Shown here: in pieces, positions 55,518-64,000 of the stretch | Position numbering within the stretch: the first letter of the stretch is position 1 | Layout: the number at the start of each line of letters is the position of its first letter | NCBI GenBank assembly: GCA_048882045.1 | Contig: JBHLRZ010000015.1 | Coordinates: forward strand, 1 to 64,000 | Direction: 5' to 3' | DNA: 64,000 nt | From: Candidatus Thorarchaeota archaeon | GTDB lineage: Archaea > Asgardarchaeota > Thorarchaeia > Thorarchaeales > Thorarchaeaceae | The notes under the pieces: generated by a model | What the model saw: the letters and a program-made list of their open reading frames with translations, nothing else | Databases searched by the model: none | What the model was told of the DNA's origin: nothing | Position numbers and translations under genes: made by a program

Positions 55518-56831
55518 GTGCCCACTCTGAAATTGAATCTGGGATGCGGGCTGGTGTACAAGAAAGGCTACATAAATGTGGACGCCTTCGACCATACTAT
55601 TGCAGATCAAGTGATGTCGATTCTCGATCTTGACTTCAATGACAACTACTTCTCTCAGATTGAGTGTATGCAAGTTCTCGAGCATCTAGGTGCTGCTAAG
55701 AGCATATACGCCTTAGCTGAGATTTATCGTGTATTGGAGCCAAATGGATTGTTTGTTCTTGAAACTCCGGATATTGAAACTGCATTCCACTATTTTCTCA
55801 AGAACAATGAGTCCAAACGGAAGATTCTGATGAACTGGATCTTTGGCCTTGATATTCCAGGAATGTCACATAAGTATGGTTTTCCTAAGGTATTACTGGA
55901 ACAAGTTTTGAGAGAGGTTGGATTTGCAGATATTAAAATCGAGCAGATTAGAAAAGATACTCTGCAACCAACTCTTCGGGCGATATGTACGAAGACAGAC
56001 TCACAAATCCACCAGTTCTTCACGCACCTCAGAAAAGATCTCAACCAGAGAGGAATAGCGGATATGGAAAATCAAGTAGACATAATCGAACTGGAAGAAC
56101 TTCTTCAGAAGATTCTGAGATTATTACTGAGTGGAAAAACACCTGTTGACAGGGAGCAAATCAAACAAGTTCTGGGATTTGCATTTTTGAGTTGTCCAAA
56201 GGTTGGTCTAGTGTTATTAGAAATGATGAAAAAACACAACCTTGTCAACTCGACGGATATCTATTCGTTTACAAAAATACTTACTGAGTTTGCAACTTTT
56301 GACCTCACAATGGTAACGTTACATACTTTTCTAGAGATGCCTATCATACCAGGTTCACAATCAAATACGTTCGATTTGGTCAAAGCTATGATGATGAAGT
56401 CTATTGGTAAAGTCCTCTCAGGAGACATGGAGGTTCTTGAACAGCTTAGAAACACAGCAGAGTCAATGTCGATTGACATTTCTCTAGATTTCTTCTCGAA
56501 GACAATGTTGGAGAATGTTTCAAACAAACAGCTTGCATTGGGTTCAAAGGCTTTTTCTCTCGGAGAATACGATGATGCAATTGTCCACTACAAAAATTCG
56601 GTCAAGTCAAATCGTGATACCTTGTTGGGATTCTGGAATCTAGCACGTTTGCACAGTTTGAGAAATGATGAGAAAGAAGCGCTCAAGTTTTACCAAGCTA
56701 TTGAAAGTCTGATATCTAATCAGCATCCAAAATTGCAAAGAGCACTACAAGAGAAGTTTAACAGAGAAATCAAGCTGTTGAAAGAGAATCGGTCTGAATC
56801 GGTTGCTGAACCTCTGATATCCTTGTATTAG
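55518..56831 (+). CDS. Class I SAM-dependent methyltransferase with C-terminal TPR
   Basis: KLNLGCG....GYINVD, QVLEHL, RVLEPNG...ETPD; C-terminal TPR (G.YDDAI.HY...FWNLARL). Confidence 0.85.
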   Translation: MPTLKLNLGCGLVYKKGYINVDAFDHTIADQVMSILDLDFNDNYFSQIECMQVLEHLGAAKSIYALAEIYRVLEPNGLFVLETPDIETAFHYFLKNNESKRKILMNWIFGLDIPGMSHKYGFPKVLLEQVLREVGFADIKIEQIRKDTLQPTLRAICTKTDSQIHQFFTHLRKDLNQRGIADMENQVDIIELEELLQKILRLLLSGKTPVDREQIKQVLGFAFLSCPKVGLVLLEMMKKHNLVNSTDIYSFTKILTEFATFDLTMVTLHTFLEMPIIPGSQSNTFDLVKAMMMKSIGKVLSGDMEVLEQLRNTAESMSIDISLDFFSKTMLENVSNKQLALGSKAFSLGEYDDAIVHYKNSVKSNRDTLLGFWNLARLHSLRNDEKEALKFYQAIESLISNQHPKLQRALQEKFNREIKLLKENRSESVAEPLISLY

Positions 56832-56878
56832 ATATTACAAACGCAGACTTAAATCGCAGACTGTAAAGAGTAAGGAAT

Positions 56879-57970
56879 ATGTCCCTCATTCACACAGAAC
56901 TTTGCGACATCATTGGCATCAAACACCCTATACTTCAGGGAGGTATGGGACCGTACAAGACTGAGTCGTTGTCGATAGCTGTTGCAAACGCTGGAGCACT
57001 TGGAATCATAAGCTGTATTGGGATGGCAGCCACGCTTCTACCCGAGGCTGCTCCTCTTGATGCAGAGAGAATCTTCGGATCGGATCCTCCTGCGGTCATT
57101 CTACAAAAGTCGATTGAAGCTGTCACCAAAGAAACGAGGTCATCAAAGGGAATCTTTGGCGTGAATGTGCCAGTAGCTGCAGAGTTCATACTAGCTTCCA
57201 AGATGTTTGTAGAGCAGACTATTGAGTCATGTAAAGCAGACTCGGACACAGAACGAGCCCTGAGAGTTGTTGTCACTTCAGCCGGAAACCCAAAACCCTG
57301 GTCAGTTCTCAAGGATGAAGGTTTCATCTGGATACATGTTGTACCTTCGGTTTATCATGCAAAGAAGGCTGAAGCTGCTGGAGCCGATGTCATCGTGGCT
57401 TCTGGTCATGAGGGCGGAGCACATGTCAGTTGGGACCCAGTCCATTCAATGGTCCTCGTACCGGCAGTGGCAAAGGCTGTGAAGACACCAGTGGTTGGTG
57501 CTGGCGGCTTCTGTGATGGGAAAACACTTGCAGCTGCTCTTTGTTTGGGAGCTGTTGGCGTTCAGATGGGTACTAGATTCATTGCCACACAGGAGAGCGA
57601 TTTCGAACCCATGTGGAAGCAGTCGATTTTGAAGCGGGAGGAGCGTCAGACCCTTGTGGGTCGGGGTCTCTTCGGACCAATGAGGTTCCTCAGGAACCGG
57701 AGGGCTGAAGAAATCGTCGAGCAGACTCTTCAAGACCTGCCTAATTTCTATCTTGGCGAACCTCTTGATTCGAATGAGAAAATCTTGGAACTTGAACGAA
57801 CAGGATTTGTAGACCTCATGGATGAGAAAGAGGAAAGTGCCCTCATGTTTGGTGGAGAGGTAGCTGGTCGTATCGAAAACCTACCAACTGCAAAGGAGCT
57901 GATCGATAGTATGGTTGCAGAGGCTTCTGAGGTCCTTGGAAACGTGCCAAAATTCATTGCAGACAAATGA
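56879..57970 (+). CDS. Nitronate monooxygenase / FabK-like flavoenzyme
   Basis: HPILQGGMG, SAGNP, SGHEGGAH, AGGFCDG, GVQMGTRF. Confidence 0.9.
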   Translation: MSLIHTELCDIIGIKHPILQGGMGPYKTESLSIAVANAGALGIISCIGMAATLLPEAAPLDAERIFGSDPPAVILQKSIEAVTKETRSSKGIFGVNVPVAAEFILASKMFVEQTIESCKADSDTERALRVVVTSAGNPKPWSVLKDEGFIWIHVVPSVYHAKKAEAAGADVIVASGHEGGAHVSWDPVHSMVLVPAVAKAVKTPVVGAGGFCDGKTLAAALCLGAVGVQMGTRFIATQESDFEPMWKQSILKREERQTLVGRGLFGPMRFLRNRRAEEIVEQTLQDLPNFYLGEPLDSNEKILELERTGFVDLMDEKEESALMFGGEVAGRIENLPTAKELIDSMVAEASEVLGNVPKFIADK

Positions 57971-58040
57971 GAACCATCCGTGCGAGGAAATAAAGGGGCC
58001 CGCGCTATGTGGAATAGTGCATACGGTACTCCGAGGAGAG

Positions 58041-59228
58041 ATGGGAATGGTCTGGTGGTTCTATGTTCCAAACATTGTGTTCGGAGAAGATGCTCTAACT
58101 GAGCTTGAAACGATTGACGGAACGAAAGCGTTCATTGTCACTGACAAGGTGATCAACAGCCTAGGTCTGGCCGAAAGAGTTTGTTCGATGTTGACGAGTA
58201 GGATGTGGGAGGCTGCAATATGGGATGGTGCAGTTCCTGATCCCAAGGTGTCTACAGTTAATGAAGCAGCAGACGCGATGAAACGGTTTGGTGCTGATTG
58301 GATAATCGCCATAGGCGGTGGAAGTGTAATGGACACAGCAAAGGCTGCTTGGGTCCTGTATGAGAAGCCAGACGTAGAGCTACATGCACTAACACCTTTT
58401 GACGAGCTGGGTCTGAGAGCCAAAGCAAGGCTCATCTGTATTCCCACCACTACAGGTACGGGCTCGGAAGCAACAAAGGCAATTGTAATTCGAGATGATG
58501 AAACAGGAAGAAAGTTTGCGACAATCAATCCTGAATTGACTCCGGATATAGCAATCCTAGACCCTGAGTTTGTAGTCGGGCTGCCAAAGGACATGACCGC
58601 CTACACAGGGATGGACGCCTTGACTCATGCTGTTGAAGGTTATGTTTCTGTCTGGAAGAACGACTTCTCTGATGGGTGCTCACTACAGGCTGTAAGGATG
58701 ATATTTGAATGGCTTCCCAAATCCGTTGAAGACCTGTCAAATCTTGAGATTCGTGAGAAGATGCAGATTGCAGCCTGTCTTGCAGGTATGTCCTTTGGGA
58801 ATTCTCAAGCCGCACTGGCCCATTCACTCGGGCATAGCATGGGATCAGTACTTCGAACTCAGCACGGAATGTCAGTGGGAATGGCCCTCCCATATACTAT
58901 TGAATTCAACTGTAGAGGGAAAGAGAACGAAGAAGCTGCAAGACAGTACATGGAATTAGCAAGGATGATAGGAATATCAGGTAGGAAACCTGAAACAGTG
59001 TCTCTCAAGTTTGCAGTGTCAATTAGAGAACTGATGTCGCAGATTGGAACTCCGCGGAGTTTCAAGGAAGCGGGTATCAAGAAGAAGGACTTCAATGCGG
59101 CTCTCGAGAATATGGTGGACTTTGCTATGATGGACACAAGTCTGACGATGAATCCTCGCAACATTGACAGTGAAGGTATTCGCAAGATGTACAAGTATAT
59201 GTATGATGGAACCGTGATTGACTTCTAA
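58041..59228 (+). CDS. Iron-containing alcohol dehydrogenase
   Basis: GGGSVMDTAK, IPTTTGTGSE, GMDALTHAVEGY, AHSLGH. Confidence 0.93.
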   Translation: MGMVWWFYVPNIVFGEDALTELETIDGTKAFIVTDKVINSLGLAERVCSMLTSRMWEAAIWDGAVPDPKVSTVNEAADAMKRFGADWIIAIGGGSVMDTAKAAWVLYEKPDVELHALTPFDELGLRAKARLICIPTTTGTGSEATKAIVIRDDETGRKFATINPELTPDIAILDPEFVVGLPKDMTAYTGMDALTHAVEGYVSVWKNDFSDGCSLQAVRMIFEWLPKSVEDLSNLEIREKMQIAACLAGMSFGNSQAALAHSLGHSMGSVLRTQHGMSVGMALPYTIEFNCRGKENEEAARQYMELARMIGISGRKPETVSLKFAVSIRELMSQIGTPRSFKEAGIKKKDFNAALENMVDFAMMDTSLTMNPRNIDSEGIRKMYKYMYDGTVIDF

Positions 59229-59241
59229 AGGGGGAGAGACA

Positions 59242-61062
59242 TTGAAGGGATATCGAGGAAAGATTCTGAGAGTAGATCTTAGTGCTGGATCAACATCAGT
59301 TACTGCCACAGACGAGAAGATACTCAGGGATTTTATTGGAGGTGCAGGTCTTGGAGCTCGTCTTTTGTATGACATGATTGATAGTGATACAGATCCACTC
59401 AGTCCTGAGAATCCATTGTTGTACCTCACCGGTCCACTGTGTGGCACCATGGCTCCCACAGGTAGTAAGTCAACTTTCTGTTCAAGGTCGCCAAAGACAG
59501 GTATTTTCGGTTACAGCACCGTTGGAGGACATCTTGGTGCAGACCTGAAGTTTGCGGGTTATGATGGAATAGTCTTCACTGGTGCTGCAGAGAAACCGTC
59601 ATATCTTCTGATCGAGAATTCCGACGTGGAGATCAGGGATGCAAAACATCTGTGGGGGAAGAATACAGAACAAGTATGGGAGGAACTGAAGAAAGAAACA
59701 GGCCATAGGAATGCAGGGATTGCTCGTATTGGTATTGCGGGTGAAAACCTTGTCAAATATGCCAACATCATCGTGGACCACAACAGAGCAGCAGGAAGGA
59801 CTGGACAAGGGGCAGTGATGGGCTCCAAGAAACTGAAGGCCATAGTGATCCATGGAACAGACCGGAAAGTTCCGGTGGCTGACGAGGAAGGACTGAGAGA
59901 GTATGCTTCAGAATTGAATGAGGACAAGAAGGAAGACCCAACATTCCGGATGTATTCTGATCTCGGTACAGCAGGATTTACTGACATGGCCAGTATGATG
60001 TGGGGCTCACTCCCTGCAGGATACTATACGGTGCCTGATTTCGACACCTACAATCTGAGCGGTACGACTGTCCGTGAAACAATTCTAGTTGGTAAATCAG
60101 CATGCTACAGATGTCCTATTGGTTGTGGAAGAGTAGTGACGATTCCTGAGGGCAAATACAAGATGGAAAAGTACGCAGGTCCTGAGCTTGAAGTAACAGG
60201 AACCATGGGATCGCTCATCTTGAATAACAATGTTGAATCTGTAGCATATGCGAACAGGATACTCAATCAGCTTGGGATTGATACAATTTCTGGAGGAAAC
60301 ACAATCGCATTAGCATATTACCTGTTCAAAGAAGGGAAGGTATCAGCAAATGACCTCGACGGGATTTCGCCAGAATGGGGAGAGATCGATTCAGCAGTAA
60401 CCTTCGCGAAGAAGATAGCAAAACGAGAGGGCATAGGAGAATTGATGGCTGAGGGTGCTACAGCGCTTGGAGAGAGGTTTGGTGCTGCAGAACTCGCAGT
60501 CCAGACTAATGGTCTGGAGTTTCCAATGCATGACCCTCGAGGATTCTCTGGACATGCAATTGGATATGCAACATCACCACGTGGAGCATGTCATATGTCT
60601 GCAGACATGTACAATGTTCAGATGGGACAACCAAACGTGGCATTCAATATCGAGAGCGAAGACAGATTCGCAAACGAAGCGGACTTGGTTGCCAGACTAC
60701 AGAACTTCAGAGCCCTAACGAACTCATCCGTTCTTTGCAACTTCTATCCAGCAGATGGAGACCAGCTACTAAAACTGCTCCAACTGACAACTGGGTGGGA
60801 CATCACTATAGAGGAACTAGTCCAGACGGGTGAGAAAATTTTCACCATGATGCGACTTCTGAACCTAAAACTTGGATATGACTCAAAGAACGAGGGTCTT
60901 CCAGAACTCGTTCTGAGACCTCTGGAAGGCGCAACCGAGGAGCATGTTCCTGACATAGAAGCGCAGCTAAACACATGGTATGAGTACAGAGGTTGGGACA
61001 GAAAATCAGGAAGACCTCCTGTGGACAAGCTGAAGTCACTGGGAATGGACGACTTCACCTGA
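59242..61062 (+). CDS. aor: Tungsten-dependent aldehyde:ferredoxin oxidoreductase
   Basis: GY.GKILRVDL, AAGRTG.GAVMGSKKLKA, CYRCPIGC, GIDTIS, HDPRG, RGACH; TTG start after GGGGAG. Confidence 0.93.
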   Translation: MKGYRGKILRVDLSAGSTSVTATDEKILRDFIGGAGLGARLLYDMIDSDTDPLSPENPLLYLTGPLCGTMAPTGSKSTFCSRSPKTGIFGYSTVGGHLGADLKFAGYDGIVFTGAAEKPSYLLIENSDVEIRDAKHLWGKNTEQVWEELKKETGHRNAGIARIGIAGENLVKYANIIVDHNRAAGRTGQGAVMGSKKLKAIVIHGTDRKVPVADEEGLREYASELNEDKKEDPTFRMYSDLGTAGFTDMASMMWGSLPAGYYTVPDFDTYNLSGTTVRETILVGKSACYRCPIGCGRVVTIPEGKYKMEKYAGPELEVTGTMGSLILNNNVESVAYANRILNQLGIDTISGGNTIALAYYLFKEGKVSANDLDGISPEWGEIDSAVTFAKKIAKREGIGELMAEGATALGERFGAAELAVQTNGLEFPMHDPRGFSGHAIGYATSPRGACHMSADMYNVQMGQPNVAFNIESEDRFANEADLVARLQNFRALTNSSVLCNFYPADGDQLLKLLQLTTGWDITIEELVQTGEKIFTMMRLLNLKLGYDSKNEGLPELVLRPLEGATEEHVPDIEAQLNTWYEYRGWDRKSGRPPVDKLKSLGMDDFT

Positions 61063-62557
61063 GTACGAGCTTCTTGAGCTTTGGCAGGTCTTCGACAATC
61101 TCCTTCAGTAGGTTGAAGAGGACCTCTACATCAATGATCCGAAGTTTTTCATCAGGGGTGTGAGGGTTCTTCAAAGTGGGACCAATGGAAACCATTTGGA
61201 TACCAGGGATCTTCGAGCCAATAATACCACACTCGAGTCCTGCATGAATTGCTTTCACCTCAACCTCTCTCCCTGTGGTCTTCTCAAAGTGAGACCTTAC
61301 AAATGCGAGGAACAAGCTCTTTGGCTCTGGGTTCCATCCGGGATAGGCAGCACTCCGGTTTACAGACCAACCACCCATCTTGGCCAAGTCTGAGATTGTG
61401 AGTCTGAACAATTCTAACTCAGAGTCTACACTGCTCCTCGTGGAGAGAAGTACAGTGACATCAGGACCCTCTGTCTTTACCACAGCTAGGTTGTTCGAGG
61501 TTTCAACCAGACCTTCAACGCTCGGAGAGAACCGAACCGGTCCATGTGGGATGATATTGAGTGTATGAATGATCTTGTTGGATTCCTCCAAAGAGAATGC
61601 AGGCTCAGGCGAGCTCTTGTTCCAGGATATCTGAATGTCCGGTTCCAACTCCTTGTAGTAAGACATAATCTCTCCACGTATCTTCTTCAGAATCTCCTCA
61701 ACCTGTCCAGATTTCCCTGTTTCAACAGCAAACCTCGCGGTTGCTTCCCTTGGTATCGCATTGTGTTTACTACCACCGTTCCATTGACAAAGATGCACAT
61801 TCTGATCAGCCACGATTGAAGCGAGAAGTCTAGCCATCAGCTTGTTCGCATTTGCACGATGCTTGTGGATGTCAACACCGGAATGTCCACCAAAAAGGCC
61901 GGAAACAATCAGCTCATAGAATGTTGCATCACCTTTGACATCCTTCAGCTCTAGTTTCTTAGTGAGGTCTGTGTCACCACCGCCTGCTGATCCTATTGTG
62001 ATGACTCCAAGATTCTCAGAATCGATGTTAATCATGAGTTTACTCTGAATCCCCATCTTCTTTGGATCAAGAGCGAAAGCACCTACGAGACCCGTTTCTT
62101 CATCCACTGTGATGAGTAGTTCTAGTGGTCCATGGCGTACATTCGGGTCTAACATCATAGCAAGGGCTAGAGAAGTTCCAATTCCGTTGTCAGCACCCAA
62201 AGTTGTCCCATCGGCATCTACCCATTCACCATTGTCTTGGATTCGAACTGGGATTGGATCGTTTTCAAAGTCAAATCCATCAGGTCGGTCAGTCTCGCAG
62301 ACCATATCCATATGACCCTGTAGAAGCAGCGGCTGAACTTCCTCCATGCCTTTTATGGGATCTTTCTTGCATAGCAGATTTCCAGCCTCATCCTCAATGA
62401 TTTTGATCTCTATTCCAAGTGACTTTGCCCGTTCTGGTATCCAACTCTTCAGTTTCGCTCGAATCTTTTCTTCTTTCTTGGACTCACGTGGAGTCTTTGT
62501 GAAGACCTCTTCAAATATCTCCCAGACGAGCTTTGGTTCTAAGTTCTCAAAGACCAT
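61055..62557 (-). CDS. pepD: Aminoacyl-histidine dipeptidase (M20C)
   Basis: LQGHMDMVCE, GTTLGADNGIG, DEETGL, GGHSGVDI, YPGW.P, IHAGLECG, HTPDE. Confidence 0.93.
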   Translation of the reverse strand: MVFENLEPKLVWEIFEEVFTKTPRESKKEEKIRAKLKSWIPERAKSLGIEIKIIEDEAGNLLCKKDPIKGMEEVQPLLLQGHMDMVCETDRPDGFDFENDPIPVRIQDNGEWVDADGTTLGADNGIGTSLALAMMLDPNVRHGPLELLITVDEETGLVGAFALDPKKMGIQSKLMINIDSENLGVITIGSAGGGDTDLTKKLELKDVKGDATFYELIVSGLFGGHSGVDIHKHRANANKLMARLLASIVADQNVHLCQWNGGSKHNAIPREATARFAVETGKSGQVEEILKKIRGEIMSYYKELEPDIQISWNKSSPEPAFSLEESNKIIHTLNIIPHGPVRFSPSVEGLVETSNNLAVVKTEGPDVTVLLSTRSSVDSELELFRLTISDLAKMGGWSVNRSAAYPGWNPEPKSLFLAFVRSHFEKTTGREVEVKAIHAGLECGIIGSKIPGIQMVSIGPTLKNPHTPDEKLRIIDVEVLFNLLKEIVEDLPKLKKLVLR

Positions 62558-62672
62558 AAGAAGACCACCGCTGATTATGCAGGTTCTGAGCCGCACTATA
62601 AGCTTTTGTCCCCGAACAAGCAGGTTTTTCATTCACAAGGTGAATACAGGTTTCCTTCTAGAAAAAGGAGAG

Positions 62673-63554
62673 ATGATTGGAATGCTATTCGATCCGGGAA
62701 TTACTGACATACTAAGAGACACTCTTCCAGGACTGGGAGACTTCTTCCTTTTGATTACCCAACTTGGTGGTGAGCTTTTTTACATTGGTTTACTACTGAT
62801 TGGGTTCTGGACGTACAACAAAAGACAATCGATACTTCTGACATTCATACTCATTGTGTCGGTACTCTCTAACTACTGGTTGAAATACATGATTGCAAAT
62901 GAGAGGCCACCTGTTGGAAATTATTATCCAGGAGTAGATTATTCGAATTACAGTACTCCCAGTGGCCATTCGCAGAACTCTGCAACAGTCTACGGATGGA
63001 TCACACTGAAGGTCAAGACTTGGTGGATGGCACTCATTGGCATTGTACTTACATTATTGATTGGCATTTCACGAGTGTATCTTGGTGTCCATTATCTTGG
63101 AGATGTCTTACTGGGATGGGGCTTAGGAGGTGTAATAGTCCTCATTGTCTTCTACTTTGAGAATCCCCTGAAAGAGTTCTTCTCAAGATACAAGACTGTG
63201 AATCTGCTGATCTTACTGGTAATAATCGGATTCCTGATGACTCTGATTGCCTCATTACTACCTCAGCCGCCCCTTGACAATTTTGGATCATACGGAGGCC
63301 TCACAATGGGGATTGGCCTTGGTCTAATCCTAGAAATGAGGTTCGTAGACTTCTCGGTAGAACCTTATCAGGGACAAAAGTGGAGACTTGCTCTGCGGAT
63401 CATCATAGGACTTGCATTGGTGGTTGGACTCATTCTTGGACTTTCATCCATCCTACCGTCGGACGTAATCTGGCTACGCATGATCAGATACTTATTGGCA
63501 ACAATTATGGGAGTGTTCGTTTGGCCATACATCTTCAAACGAGCCAATCTCTAG
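62673..63554 (+). CDS. PAP2 family membrane phosphatase
   Basis: K.....RP, PSGHSQ, SRVYLGVHYLGDV; start 62673 or 62682 (longer track ORF overlaps pepD). Confidence 0.92.
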   Translation: MIGMLFDPGITDILRDTLPGLGDFFLLITQLGGELFYIGLLLIGFWTYNKRQSILLTFILIVSVLSNYWLKYMIANERPPVGNYYPGVDYSNYSTPSGHSQNSATVYGWITLKVKTWWMALIGIVLTLLIGISRVYLGVHYLGDVLLGWGLGGVIVLIVFYFENPLKEFFSRYKTVNLLILLVIIGFLMTLIASLLPQPPLDNFGSYGGLTMGIGLGLILEMRFVDFSVEPYQGQKWRLALRIIIGLALVVGLILGLSSILPSDVIWLRMIRYLLATIMGVFVWPYIFKRANL

Positions 63555-63605
63555 TCCTCGGCAGATTCAATAATCAGGTTTCATAAACAATGAGCGTGAG
63601 TCACG

Positions 63606-64000
63606 ATGACGAAGGCAAAGAGTACCCCAATCTTATCGCCGACATATCCAATGCCACCGTATCATTATTTCAACTCTAGGCTGTTTCTGGCGATGTTCAA
63701 CCCTCCAGAGGATGCAATTCAAGCTCTTCTTCCACCTCCATTGCGTCCATCACAGATGCCTCTTGCAGCATTGATGTTTGGAGAGATGCCCTGCAAGGAA
63801 ACAGGCACCTTCATGGAATCAGGAGTTCTTGTCCAATGCATCTTTGACAACCCAGAAACGAAGGAGGAAGAGGTCGGCGTTTATTTCGCATACAACTATG
63901 TTAATACAGAAATCGCTCAGGTTGCTGGTCGAGAGATCTGGGGGTATCCAAGAAAACAGGCCAAGATCTCATTGAACTGGAGAAACGACACCATCACTGG
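63606..64000 (+). CDS. Acetoacetate decarboxylase family protein, truncated by window end
   Basis: Not in ORF track; manual translation MTKAKSTPILSPTYPMPPYHYFNSR...LLPPPL...AGREIWGYPRKQAKI. Confidence 0.85.
   Translation, partial: MTKAKSTPILSPTYPMPPYHYFNSRLFLAMFNPPEDAIQALLPPPLRPSQMPLAALMFGEMPCKETGTFMESGVLVQCIFDNPETKEEEVGVYFAYNYVNTEIAQVAGREIWGYPRKQAKISLNWRNDTIT

Noticed and set aside
62346-62672. Long N-terminal ORF extensions producing gene overlaps (also at 47225-47389, 52259-52345, 57915-58040)
   Set aside because: Downstream starts with RBS and family-typical N-termini remove the overlaps.
1-64000. Mobile elements, prophage or diversity-generating retroelement
   Set aside because: No transposase, integrase, reverse transcriptase, terminal repeats or template/variable repeat pair recognised.

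Overview
Gene-dense archaeal window, very likely Asgard (Thorarchaeia-like), inferred from co-occurring eukaryotic-signature proteins (Rab-like GTPase, two longin-domain proteins, a gelsolin-domain protein) with archaeal POR/AOR metabolism. I saw no rRNA, tRNA, CRISPR array or mobile element. Housekeeping content: por operon, nadB, pepD, AOR, Fe-ADH, lipid-turnover enzymes, Lrp/ArsR regulators. Three loci stand out. (1) 53.5-56.8 kb: a radical SAM/SPASM enzyme resembling tyramine-excising 'spliceases', followed by two paralogous single-TM proteins sharing a C-terminal TYxPGTxYG(S/T)IxPxDF motif and a methyltransferase-TPR gene; a candidate Asgard RiPP-like system acting on membrane proteins. 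(2) 10.6-13.2 kb: an operon of Zn-ribbon protein, longin protein, 7+1+7 TM protein and Rab-like GTPase. (3) 21.9-37.0 kb: an ABC operon with an ATPase carrying TrmB-like N-terminal domains, a site-1-protease-like S8+GIFT membrane protein and a ~2265-aa beta-propeller/thrombospondin-type-3-like repeat surface protein. A palindromic GTTTGR-N6-YCAAAC motif recurs at two promoters 11 kb apart. Family assignments are by motif recognition from memory; no searches were run. Some starts were refined from the ORF track using RBS position or homology.
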